A DNA stretch of 64,000 nucleotides from positions 18,104,001-18,168,000 of the forward strand of contig CM120641.1 in assembly GCA_051362555.1 (NCBI GenBank), written 5' to 3'. The DNA comes from Lingula anatina. Lineage: Eukaryota > Animalia > Brachiopoda. The notes beneath the pieces are model-generated. The model searched no databases. It was not told the DNA's origin and saw only the letters and a list, made by a program, of their open reading frames with translations. Position numbers and translations under genes: made by a program. Below, in pieces: positions 37,685 to 51,035 of this stretch (the stretch's first letter is position 1; the number at the start of each line of letters is the position of its first letter).

Positions 37685-40479
37685 TTCATGATGTCATCAA
37701 GAACTTTTAAAGGACACAAGATTGGACCTAGGCCTGCAAAATTTACATATGCCTGTCTTTTAATAATGGAGCAACATTGTGTTATTCATGAGTCTCCATT
37801 GTTCTTCAAACTAGTATCTGAACATTTAAAATTGATTTTGTAGAGTTATTGACTATGATTGATTAAAATTGACAGATTAAATAACAAGAATTTTTCAGAT
37901 AAATGTTAAAATAATATTACATTTTATCTATTTGGAATTTTACCTTTTCATTGTTGTATCATGTATGTGTGTGTCATGCATCTAATAGCAGTCCAGTCAT
38001 ATATCAAATAAATTGCATTTCAATTTTATAAGCACTTGAAGAATATTTTAATAAAAAGAAAAGAAATTTAATGAAAACAAGAAGGACATGCACCATGAAG
38101 AACAGGTCTGTTACTTCAATTCCATCCATTGTTGTGAGACCTCATTTAAGCAAAAATGATGGAAGTGATTTTCTGCCTTAATTGCCTTGCTGGACAAATT
38201 TGTCAAAACATGAACTTCAGCGTTTGCAGAAATAATGAAGATGGTGAAAATATTTTACGACTCTAGGATTACCAAAGAACATGAAGCAGACATTGCATCT
38301 TTTTTGCAGTAATACAGAGTTGCCAATGCGAAATTATGCAAAATGCGAAGATATATGTTCTCATTTCTGTCTTATTAACAGTAAAATAACACCTGAAAAA
38401 ATTGGGAGTCTAGAGTAATATGAAGGATAAAGCAACTCTGGTTAGAATCAAGATGAGAACATCCTTATTGGAAAAATTGCAATCACCAAGCTATGAAATT
38501 TGTATTCATTATGTAAGCAATTTTTGTGACAGTTTTACCTAAAATTGCCAAATGAGAACATAGGTGTTTTAGTTATTGTAAAGCAGTTTTATAAATCAAA
38601 TTGGGGATATTTAAAAGGCTAAAAATGGCTTCCAGTATGTTGGTGTAAGTCCGAAGTCTCCTGAACTGTCTCTTTAAAAACAATGACCACTTGTGAATAT
38701 TTGAAAGCAATATAATGTTAAATTTTGGATATTCATTAGCAGCCACAATTGGCTCAAATGTGAAACCTATAATAATCAGTTACGTATGTTTCATGGATAT
38801 AGATAGTAAATTAGTTAAGCATGGGCAATATTGTACAAAAGTATTCTATGAAGTGAATTTATTGGTTTAATCAAGTGAAATAAATTGAGGGCAGTTCAAT
38901 AAACAAGTTTGTTGTAATTTACTCAATTTTGGTGTGATTAATTAAATTAATTTTAAGGGCCAATAAAAAATCAGTAATTGTCTATGTAGTCCACCTAGTT
39001 TTTGTAAAGAATAATAAATGGTATTGCATTTTATCTGGCATTGGGCCCAAGGAGCAGAATTGACCCTTCATGCATTCTCTGCTTTCAGGGATATTGGTTC
39101 ATCATCAATCCCCATTAAATGCAAGTCCGACTTGGCATTTCAATCTCCGTTACCACTATACCACTGATTAGCCAGCAGTCTTAAAGTACATGAATCTCAG
39201 TCATTCAGTTAAATTATTTTATTTTGAATATGACTTCGGTTATTATTGGTCTGTTAGTTACAAGAGAAATGCAATATTTACCAAAGGACCTTTATTCACT
39301 TTTAGTAAAAATAGATATGTTGATGTTACAAGTTATTGCATTCACATTGACCTCTGGTACTAAAAGAATGAACTATACTGACATTGCTCCATATTATAAA
39401 CAATACAAAAATGGTTATCATTCTGTACATTTCTATATGCTCTAACATATACCTTTCACCAAATTTTTTAGTATTGAACTATCCTACTATCAATAGACTA
39501 ATGTAGAGGCCAATCAATGTAGACTCCTTGTTCATCATGTGTAAATGTTTACATTCACATAAAATCTTTGTCAGTCTCAGTTGCTTTCAAAGACCTTATT
39601 AAAATCAATCCTCATTGATAAGTTCTTTTTGTTTTCTTTTTTCTTGACACTATACAAAACTTTTTTTCCATGCACAATACTAAGATGCAATAGATCGACT
39701 TCATGCAGAATATATGGCCAATGTAAAACATTCTTGCCTGAGATCTCGTTGATTTTCAAACTGGAGAATAAAGCTCCAGTTTACATTTGATCTAATAACT
39801 TGTCCAACCTTTTAAATACCTGGGTTTGCCATCTTTGAAGTAAGATTACAACTAAGTCATTCCACAAAAAAAAAAGTCATGTCAGTGCTGCCCACATTTT
39901 GGGAAATTTTGACTTGTCCCATTATTTTCGTTGTTGTGACTGTACCCTTCAACATAGAAAGATAAAAACAGGAATTAATAAGTGATATTGAACAGTTATA
40001 CAAATATTACATAAGAAGTGCACCACTGAAGTGAGGCAAATGTTCACTTTTTGTGGAATGACCAGTCTTCCTTCCTCTTGATACTTGCTGCTGTTATCTG
40101 CACACATGTAGCATACAATTCCACTACACCTTTCTTTTTGTGCCCTGTGCATTTTTCTCTGCACTTTAATTTTCTGAAATTTTCTTCTATGAATAAATCT
40201 TCAGATGAGGACACCATATTCGACACAAAGTCCTATAAATCATTGCATTTAGTCTAGCCCCACTGCTTTCCTACAACCTTGGAAATTCAGACTCGATGTT
40301 GAAATCCATCAGAACTCCATGATGACATCAGGATATTTATATGTTCTGAACTGTAATTCAAGTTAATTTCATTGACCCTTTTTCCACTGTTACCAATTTT
40401 TTTTCCTTCTGAAACCAGCCTGTGTTGAAATCCAAGAGTTTGGGGTTGTGAAAAGAGATGAAATCAAATAAACTGAGGA

Positions 40480-42114
40480 CTATCGTAACACGAGTGAGGC
40501 AGATGCATAACTAACTGATGAATCGGAGGTTGAGTGGCACTGGTTTGACTGGGCATATTGTACAAACTTCATAGACATTGTGCGCCCATTGGAGTGCTTC
40601 TTTAAGGCATCTACAGCCTGAAATAGACATTTTTCAGTATAATTATTATAATTACAGCAACTGTTTTAATGATACATTGTCTGAAAAAGAAAATCATTTA
40701 TTATATTGTATTTATCATTACAAATGTATATTATGCTATTAAAGGTATACATATTCAAGTGCTTAAGTAATGAGCCTGAAATGGGATCAATTTAACAAAA
40801 TATATCTAACAAAATATATCAAAAGAAAATTATCTTTTTGAAAAGAGAACTGGATTTTTCATTTTTTACAGAAATCAAAATAAAATGCATCTACATTTTT
40901 TCTTGAATAATTCTTATGTTATGTATAGCATCAACTGTAAAAATGATTCGGACTGATTTTTATGAATAAATTTTCTTACATTTAATAACACCCCAATGGG
41001 ATGTCTTCCACAGATTGTGTTGCCAAACTTCCTGAGATACTCTGCGAAGGCCATAGGATTCAAACTTTCAATCAGGTCCATCCCCTACAAAGAAGTGAAA
41101 AAGTGACTTCTCAAGTTTTCTACTGCTGAATTACATTATACTGGTTTTGAGGGTGAGGCACAATGACATTCTGCTAAAGATGTAAAAATGGAAATGTGAA
41201 AAAGATGGTGTTACAAATTATTCATCAGCTTGCAACATACAATTTGTTAGATAATATCTGATTCAATAATCTAGTATGCATGTGCACTTGTGCATGCAGA
41301 GTTGAACTTGAAGAAATGTCTTCATTATAAGCAATTTTGTTAAAGTAATTCCATCAGATGGATGCACTGTCATCTCGACATGTATATTGTTTTATGTTAG
41401 CAGCTGAAATAAATATATTGAATTTCAGGCATGAGATTTTTTCAAATCATTGACATTTCATTTTTTTCTCAGTGAATTTCTTGCACAGAACAGTAAAGCT
41501 GTGTGCCATATTAGACGTTCAGCACAAAAAGTCACTCTGGTTGGTTTAGAGTTTCGCTCTTACATGCCTGCTCCTTTTCACATAAAGTGATACAGTTTTC
41601 TGTATCACACCAGTTTGACTGGTCCTAACGTAATTACACCAGCAGCGTTTAAACTCCTTTTCACAAGCCCTAATGTTACAATCAAAATCAATCTGGTTAA
41701 CTGGCTATCTTGAGCGTCAATCCCTCAAACTACTGCAATGCAGAAAACTGTACCACTTGCTGTGAAATGGTCGTTACTTCACTTGTGGTTCATACTCACC
41801 TTCCTGTCTAAAGTCTCTATAGATTGCCATATATCACCACACGATTTGTCATAGTGAGTATAATGGAAGCGCTTGCCTGGGACAATGTATGAAATAAAAT
41901 AATGTGAGTCAAATTTTGAAAAATCTATTATTTGAATTAGGTTTCACCTGTCTGAGCACTAGCATGATCTTGTGTTTGAATCCGTTCACAGTGACGTATG
42001 TTTGGGATACGTGTCCCTGAGAGAAGTTAAATTTCAAAATCAATTACTGACCAACTATTTGAAAAAAATTGGCAAATGTTGGGCAAATATAAATATCCTT
42101 TACTTTCTTTCACG

Positions 42115-42145
<31 letters not shown>

Positions 42146-45100
42146 GAGAAAAATTACGATAATAAATGGCTTTTTAAAAGCCTCTAAACCAACTTTTAAT
42201 GACAAAAAAATAACGTGAAGCCAAACACTGATGAGATAATATATGAATAAATTTCTCTAACTTTTGCTGTCAGTACAGACTAATTGGAAATAATTTGAAA
42301 TCTATACATTAATTTGTCTGTAGCACTGATGAGCAGTAATTAATCAATGATGCCAAGTAGACTGAAATTTATTAATAAAAGAGATGAAACTGTGGCTGCC
42401 TAGCTTGTATTCGGAGGTGAAAACCTTCATGTGGCCAGCACTTCAACTATATAAATTTCACAGAGTAATCTCTTAGCAGACTGAAGTCGTAAAGAATTCA
42501 TTGATCAATTACATGATCTGGGTGGATTATCTTCAAAGATTGCAAATCCTTCAAAACTTCCAATGAATGAAGTCACTTGAGTGGTTTTCAGAAACTTTTT
42601 AGGTCTTGCACTCACTGAAAGCAATCCAGCAACCAGGGTGCACATCAAAATAGTAGAATTGTACTTACTATAATATAATTTAGTGAAACATATGCACTCA
42701 CCCCAGTGACAGAAGTCTGAAGAAATTACAAAGAGATTCTCTGGATCTGCTAGAAACCGGCTGAATATCTGTCCATAGTGTCTTTCCTTGTCTGTGGATA
42801 AAGAACCCACTAGGACAGGAACAATGGTAAACTGACCCTGGCGGCTGAAAATAATTCCCAAAAATTTTCAAGCTAATTTTAAGTTTTTCTTGAATTTATA
42901 CAAACTTGGTACTTTTAAACAATTGAAAAGTCCTATGTAGAAGTCTTGTATGCAACTTGAAATCCATTCTATATCTTTACGTTCATTTTTAAGTTATGAG
43001 TAGAGTAACCAGGCACTTAACAACATAGCATTCTTAATCAATTGACAATAACTCCAAAGAGATCTAATTATGACAATGCATCATAGTGAAGATTCCATCG
43101 GCAGGACTTGGACAAAGAACTATTGGCAAAGGAATTACAACATGGCTTATTGGGATGGATGGTACTGCAATCGATATATATCACTGACACTGCTTCAAAT
43201 GGACAAGACCAATTGCAAGGCAATTTCTACGATAAGAGCATCACAATAAATACTTTTTTTTTGCCTGATTAATTTAAGTGATTACTTTCAAAGCAGTATG
43301 ACTTTAGAAAAGTATGTTGTTTCAGTACAAAAACACTGGCAGTGTTGATAACTAAATAAAAAAAAAAACATACACAAGGCTCATTTATTTCATGTTTGTG
43401 TAGTTCCAGATACTATTGATTTAAAAAACCAGCACTGCATCAGGCCAAGGACGTTCTTGGTCCTTTACCCTACATTTCAGTGCACTTTGTTCTTTTTCTT
43501 TAAACACTTGGTACAAAACTTAAGATCATTTTCTTGATAATCTAAAGCTTGGGGCATAATATTTGAACTTTAAAAATGTTAGAATTCTAGTGTTAGTACT
43601 CAGGTAAAATAGCAAAATATGTCACTGGATGAAATTTAAAAGGAAGATCCAGACAAATCATTCCAGCTTTACCTTTCCATAACTTTTGCTATATATGGTA
43701 AATGCATTTCTATACTGTGTTCCCCTTCATCTGTTCCAATGGTCATGGGTTCAAATGAACCTGTACTGTACAGTTCTTCATAAACTAAAGAGAAATAAAA
43801 CAGCTTTGTCAGAAATGGTGAGCAATATCTGAGGAACTGGCAAAGAAAGCACTGCATTTTATGTTGTTACAAATATCTGGAACATTTTTCAATGAATATC
43901 ATTTTTGATTACAATGGTAGTTATTTTTTCATTTACAAATATTTACATAATAAATCATCTTAAATTTGCTTAAACAAATATTAACCAACCACAAGCCCAT
44001 AAAATATTTCCTAATCATTTAACTGAAAGAAAATACTTTTAAAAATAAAAAAAGCCACTGACAAAATACTTTATCATGTAACAAGAGCTACAGGAGGGAA
44101 TGGCGCCCCAAAATCAATGCACTTTTGTAAACTTTCGAAAGCCCAATAGAACAAGGAGCAATCCATAAGTCACTGACTAAACGTCCCTAGGTAATGAGTT
44201 AGAAATAAATAACGGCAATACTTTATGGAGATTGGGCTACATATGGATTTTTTCAAACCCAAAATAATGGCCAAAATAACAGAAGAAAACAAGGCAGCAA
44301 AGCAGTCAAATGTACAGACAAAAAGCAGAAAATAATAATGCACAAAATAGGATACTGTCAAATCTGATGATAAATACATTATGCTTAACTGCCAAGTCAA
44401 CATTAAATTTTAATTATGCACAACAGGTAATACTGACGAAAGTAAAAGCATAAGGCTTCAGGCCCATGAGAGTTCAAGTTCACACTTAGAAAACGCCAGA
44501 ATGAGAAAAATGAAAATTTCTCAAAAAAATTGCGTTAATTCCAAAAAAAAAAAAAAAAAAAAATGATGATCCAATAGAGCTGGCTTTCTTATTTGAGCTG
44601 TATGTCAATCCCAAGAATCATTCTTGTAAATAAAAAGAAATAATAAGTAACACAGTTTTCTTTTTATCATAATGTTTGTGATGAGAGTGTACAAAATGGG
44701 TTTTTTGTCAATTTTAATGCAATATTACATAATGATTAACTGTATAATTACCACCAATTTTTAATTATCTTCTATTAATAACATGGACATTAGAAAATTT
44801 GATTACTACTGGGCTTCATGCCCGTGGGAGTTCCAAGTCCAAAACAGAAAGTGCCAATATGTAAAAGATAAAAATTTCACAAAAATGTACAACAGAAAAA
44901 GAAGCCAATTAGATTGCAAAAGTAGGCTTTTCTTCATTTCTGATGCAATATTACATGATGCTTAACAGCATAATGACCATCAATTTTTAATAATAAAATA
45001 AAAGTATCATGGATATTCAGAAAATGTGACCAGCAAAGCCCGTGGGAGTTCAAAGCCACACCTTGAAAATGTCATGTGTGAAAAATAAAATTTTTCACAA

Positions 45101-48100
45101 GAAATGAATAACTTCCAGAAAAATATACCAATAAGACAGGTTTTCCAACTGAAGCTGTATTTAAGTCCTATGTTTCTTTCCTGTAAGTGTGGGAAGAGTA
45201 AGTGACATGGTTTTGCATTAATGGTCACTTTGTAGGCAATGCCAAAAATAGGGTTTTCTTCAATTTTGATGCAATATTACATACTGCTTAACAGCATAAT
45301 GACCATCAATTTTTTACAATAAAATAAAAGTATCATGGATATTCAGCAAAAGTCTTCAAGGCCATGGATGTTCGGAGTCAAACTTTGAAAATGCCAGAGT
45401 GTAAACAAGAGATAACTGTACTGAAATGAGTTCATTTCCATTTTCAACACCTTTTTACATAAAACAAAAGAATCATTTTACTGTCATTTTTATATAACAA
45501 AATTGTTGACATAAGAAAAATATCAACAGAACAACTTCATTTGTCATATTTGCTCCATCCTGAGATTCTTAACATAGTGAATGATTGAACCTGATAAATT
45601 GCAATGACATGAGTTTATTTCCATTTTTAACACTTAATTAAACAATACACAATATCAGGTTTACCATCATTTAACCTAGCTTGGGGGACATTTCTGGAAA
45701 ATGTGTTCACATTGGAAATTAAATATTATTTTATCATTGACTTTCTACTCCAAGGTGTAATATTGGACTGAGTGAATTAGGAGTGTGTAGTTTGTCTTGG
45801 GGGCTTATTGAGCAATAACACACATTCTAACAAGCTAGAGAAGGGTCTCCTGCAATGCACCACTTGTATGCATTGGCCAGTGGCCCTTGAAATAGATGTT
45901 AGGCACACTTAACAGACAATTTAAAATTACTTCAAAGGTAACCACTTCTGCAAAATCTTTGTGTATGTAAAGTGTATATAATTAAAAATAATTATTAAAA
46001 AATTAATTAATTAATAAAAATCAATAAAAACCTGCAAAACAAAGTAGCACTCATCAGTACCAACCAAGATCAGAACTGTATTTGAATCACAATAAAACTG
46101 ACAAATAACATACTCTTCCCAGATCCATGTCTAAATGAGATGCCTGAACCTGCTCGCCTGGTTAGTGAAATAATTATATTACAGTCTATGTTATTCCATG
46201 CCTCAGTATACATTTCTCTCCCCAGTGGGACACTTACTTTTTTGGTCTAATAGTAAATCATACAAAGGAGTTTCATATTTTTCTGTAGTTGATAAAGCGC
46301 ACCCTGATAACCTGACATGATGAGATGGACCTAGGATGAACACCCGTTTTCTGAAAATAATTAATTAATTAATTAATCATCAAACTAAAACACTGAAACT
46401 GCATTAACTGCAAGACATGTTTCAGAAATGAGTGAATGATATAAAATTTGCAAAGATTGAGCCTCACCACTTTGACACATTTCTTGAAAATGTTTTCAAA
46501 TTTCTTAGAACTCTACAATCGTGTATTCATAAATATATATACATCTTCTTCAACATTACACTGGATTATTAGGAACTAGATCAAACCCAGCAAATTTGGA
46601 GTGCTCATAAGCCTGGTTTGAATTCAAGAAAGTTATAAAACACTAATGCCACGAACAGACACAAGTTATAGCAATATGTACAGGAAAATAAATAAAATAA
46701 AAAGATTTCAATTCCCTTGTAATAAATGTACTTACATATTTGTGGGATCTACCTGTCTGTAAGCATGGCCGCCACAGGCTCCACAGTAGAAATAACCAGC
46801 ATGCCTGAAATAAGAATACAGCTGAAATGTCTGGAAAATTATTCATGATATTAAAATTATATATAAATTTGTACACAGGAGATGTAGGTTTCAAACTTAA
46901 TTATTTGGAAGTAGGAAGTTGAGGTGCTGTTTCCATTTGACAGGATATGAAATCAAGTACTTTCTAAACAAATTCAAAATATTTCCATTTATCAGTGAAC
47001 ATAATTTTGCAGTCATTGGAACTGTATCAATATTTTTATAAAAGAACCAATTGATAAATCCTCAGGCAATGATACAACTGACAAGATTTAGTTATCTCGC
47101 ATGTTCCTATTTTCTAGACAGCACTAATATCCTTTAACATCATTTTCAAAGAGCAATTCCCTATCCTTACTCATAAATTGTACTTTTTTTGCAAAGAATA
47201 TCACCAAGAATAGATGTGACACCATATATGGCACATCTGAGCATGGTACTTAGAGGAGAAGATGTTCAGTAAGTAGGAGACAACTGTTGAGAACATCAAC
47301 AAAATTGGATCATTGCATTCTCTCCAGACAAAATGTTATATGCAGTCCGGCTCAATTGTATTTTCCAAAACATTCATTTTTTCCCTTTCTAATTTATTAG
47401 TACTCAAATAATCACTCAGAGATGATCGATGGATTTTCACAAGCAGAAAGAAGTTATCAAATTGAGCATTCTATGCAGATGGGAGAATGTGTGCACAAGT
47501 TTTTTTCCACGAAGGTTTCAGCGGATCAATACATTGATATCCATCAGTATGATAAGACTGTGAGAAAAAACAGACATAAACCCAAGTGTGCATACACCTA
47601 TATATATTTTAAGAGCAGGTTGCACAGGTTGTTCTCATGTCTATGAAGGCGGACAATATTCTTCCCATATAATATTTAATATGTACCCATGCCATTGCAT
47701 GTTTGATGAACAAACTTATCATCACTGATCTATATGGTAGATAATGCAAACACTTGGTTAATTGGAATGAAATGTTCCTTACTTTATGAATAAAGTATGT
47801 AAGCCTTCCTAATTGGATATTAAGATGAAAATTTAACTAAATATTGGAAAATGAAGTTGGACGTAGTAAGTATTTAATGAAAAGTGGACCAGTTACCCTG
47901 TTTTTGAAAACATCCATGAGGTTCACAAAAGGTTTCTGGAATTAATTGATAACTTTTTTATTTTAACATTCTAAAGGGAATGATCCAAGATAGCCTTCAT
48001 CATAGTATGACATCATAGGAGACTAGAAAAAATACAAAAATTGGCACAAGTAAACACCTAATCCGTTGTATGAGGCCTCAGTCTATCAAAAAGCAAATTA

Positions 48101-49923
48101 TGGTCTGAAAATATACTCACGGTGCAATAATGGCTCTTGCAGGCCAATGGACTGGGCTGGCTTGGTTTAGCCAGCCCTCTAGCTGGGCATTGAGTTCACT
48201 AGCTAGAAATGAGAAAAAAAGTCATTCAAACCCATGTATTTTTATACATTTAACAAAGGCATTATTCGAAAATTGCCATCTGTTTTATCCAATTTGTATA
48301 AAAACTTTGACTGATATCTCTTGAAAAACTGACTCAGTTGAGCTTAAGAAATTTGACTAAAAATTCAAATTTGGCAGCAAACTGCTTTCTTTTTATCCAA
48401 AGCAAGCATTCAGCTACAGACAAACACTTGTTATTCACTATACTTTATATAGGATATAGCAAATTCTTGGCCAAAGTCATAATGACCGCTCATCCTTCAG
48501 AGATGACAGCTCTTGCTTCCATTCATAATATGCAAGTAAAAATGTTGTGCACTCATATTACCCAGACAAATATCTCAAATCTTCTTGGATTACCATGCAT
48601 GACAAGGCATGTGGGAAGTGTTTGGAAGGAAGCCACCAGAGGTAAACAGGATTTACTATTATTTATAAGCACTGTCATCCCTCTTGCTTTTGTCTCAGTA
48701 TGGCAAGTGCATGCAAATTTCAACAAGCTTAAATGATTCGTTTTTTTTCAAGAGGTATCATTTAAGTTACCAAAGGAACTATACTTTTGATCTAACATAA
48801 TAAATGTCAATGTGAGCCCAGTTATTAGTTTGGCAATAAAGACCTTGTGACTGGGCTAAATAAGACATCAAAAGCTGATCTAGTGTGAAGGAAGGACTAT
48901 TTGTAGAGGGTCCCATTGAGGGCATAGTGATCTCAGTTCACGAGAGATAAAATCATTAAAAATCAAAAATTGTAGTGAATAAAACTTTATTTGTATCTCA
49001 TTGAAAATGGGAGTCTGGAGATCCCAAATCTGAAAGATCTAAAAATCACAAATAACTGAGTGTAATAACTTTGCTTCAGGAAGGAGCAGAAATAAAAAGC
49101 TGCATTCACAAGTCACAGGGATGGGGTGATTCACAGATCACACTAAATAATATGATAGTTTCAAGCATAATGGGAAATAAAAAGTGCAGCTTTCATGGGT
49201 TACTAAAATACCCGATGAATGGGACCCTCCTTGTACACTAACCAATGAAATCTTATGTCACTAATGGATTGGAGGAGGGAGGGAATGGTCACATATTTCC
49301 TTTTGGTTTAAATTTAACCCCTCTCCCCCAACCCCACCCACCTCTCTGTCATAATGGGCAAAATAAGACAAAACCAAATATCCTTGCATATTTAAGCAAA
49401 TTTAAGCAAAATTGCTCCCATGTGTTCATATTTGTGAGGGAAGTGAATTTTCATTCTTGTGCACCCCGCCCCCGATCCCTCAGGTCCGCCATTGGTTATA
49501 ATTTTTCTGATATACTTCATACCCAGGAATGCCATACCCCTGCTTTAAATTATTTTTTAAACAACAAATTAAGTTTGAATATCTACTTCTTGTCCAGAAC
49601 GATCGTGTGTAGAACGCAAACATGAATGCAAATCGGAAAACTTAAGCAACCAATTACAAAGTGTAATACTATTATATTTCTGCTAATTCTTAAATACACA
49701 AAAATGCCAATCCATACGTCCCTTTGTTCGTAGTTTTACACCATAACAAACATGAGTCATGATTCCCACTAAACGAGTGGCCAGTTGATGGACAGCCTAA
49801 CGTTTGAAGTTCAATCACGATCAATCCCAGCAGTTTTTTCTCATTTCTATTCACTTATTGAAAATATCTACCTGAACTAGTGTACCAACTGCCAGCGTGA
49901 CTGGCTCTTCTCACCCTAGACAT
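40480..49923 (-). CDS. MEMO1: Protein MEMO1, ~296 aa, 9 coding exons
   Basis: Exons 49872..49923, 48121..48202, 46736..46804, 46238..46350, 43673..43784, 42702..42844, 41800..41876, 40980..41084 and 40480..40617. Motifs [54 protein letters not shown] and DSSVSYAS. Confidence 0.97.
44360..45400. repeat. Degenerate tandem array (4 copies, ~220-350 bp period) in MEMO1 intron 4
   Basis: Motif GCCC(A/G)TG(A/G)GAGTTC...GAAAATGCCA-like at ~44462, 44820, 45038 and 45361. Motif TGCAATATTACAT...TGCTTAAC...CATCAATTTTT-like at ~44716, 44941 and 45267. Confidence 0.75.
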
Positions 49924-49985
49924 CGTAGACCCTATTTTGAACAAGGTATTTTCTCTATTTGTCTCCCAGTCTTGCTCTCCAACAA

Positions 49986-50036
49986 CCGGAAGTAGCCACT
50001 AACACATGCGCTTGCGTATTGGTAGGTCAAAGGTCA
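49986..50036. promoter_or_regulatory. MEMO1 proximal promoter motifs: ETS site, CCAAT box, DR1 nuclear-receptor element
   Basis: CCGGAAGT at 49986-49993, ATTGG at 50018-50022 and perfect AGGTCAAAGGTCA at 50024-50036, 60-115 bp upstream of the ATG. Confidence 0.55.
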
Positions 50037-50083
50037 AAGAGCAACAAAGGGTATCTGTAGTTTGGTTAAGCAGTGGGTTGGCT

Positions 50084-50115
50084 CAAGGAGTTATATACTC
50101 TGTTATAACTCCTTG
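50084..50115. mobile_element. 32-bp transposon remnant / excision footprint (P-element-like)
   Basis: CAAGGAGTTATA...TATAACTCCTTG, a 12-bp perfect inverted repeat flanked by the 7-bp direct repeat GTTGGCT (50077-50083, 50116-50122). Confidence 0.65.
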
Positions 50116-51035
50116 GTTGGCTAGATGCACCAAGATTTTAAATATGCAATATTCATGTTTTAAGCAAATTATTGAACCAAAGTAAAGATAACACATTTTT
50201 GGACTCTAAAATAAAGATTCCCAAAATGTTACAAGTATCAAAGGTTGCAAGCACACAAATGTCAGGCAGGCCAGGTCAATATAGAAATCAAAATATGATC
50301 CATGTGCCACTTCTCAAGTTGGGTTGACCATAAGAGGTTGAAAAGATCCGCCTTCTTCAAAAAAAGACCCCCTTCTTAAATTGCTAGCTACAGGGCTGCA
50401 TGAAAACAATAGGAACTCTCACATTTCCCACATTCCACTACCTCCAGACATCCTCAAACAAATAAACACACACAAACATAAGACAAGCAATCAAAAAGTA
50501 TTTAAAATTGTAAAAATTATTATAATACACAAGCATATAAATTTCATTTAAAAAAAGTAAATTATCATAATAAAAATAAGTGGACATATCTTTGATAAAC
50601 CAGAAATTTATGACAACACTATTTACTACAGTTTATACAACTTTATTTCATTACAAGTGGACGCAGTTTCTAATAAATTGACTACATGATTAAATATCTG
50701 CTGTACCTGTTCTTTGGTCAATAATGAAGCTCAGAAACTGAAGCTACATCTGGCTGGACAATAATAATTATAATGGTTTTAATAGCATGCATTTGTGTAT
50801 AGAATTTAATAAAATTATGACTAACCTCAAAAATAAGTTAAATATTTAGTATTTTATGATCCAGAAAAATATATAATATCAATTGCAGTTTGGCGAATCT
50901 TCAGAAATTCACAAGATGCTAGCATGATCACAAAATGAATGTGCACATCAGAAACACATGCCAGATTAAGTACAGTAAAATTAACTTGTGATATTCACCA
51001 CTATAATGTTAGTAGTGAAGAATAAATCTGAATGG

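Noticed and set aside
49260-49495. G-rich/C-rich segment ending TCCGCCATTG, suggestive of a decayed hAT-type MITE (similar segments near 13250, 18490, 30980, 50390)
   Set aside because: Termini and TSDs are too degenerate to delimit by eye.
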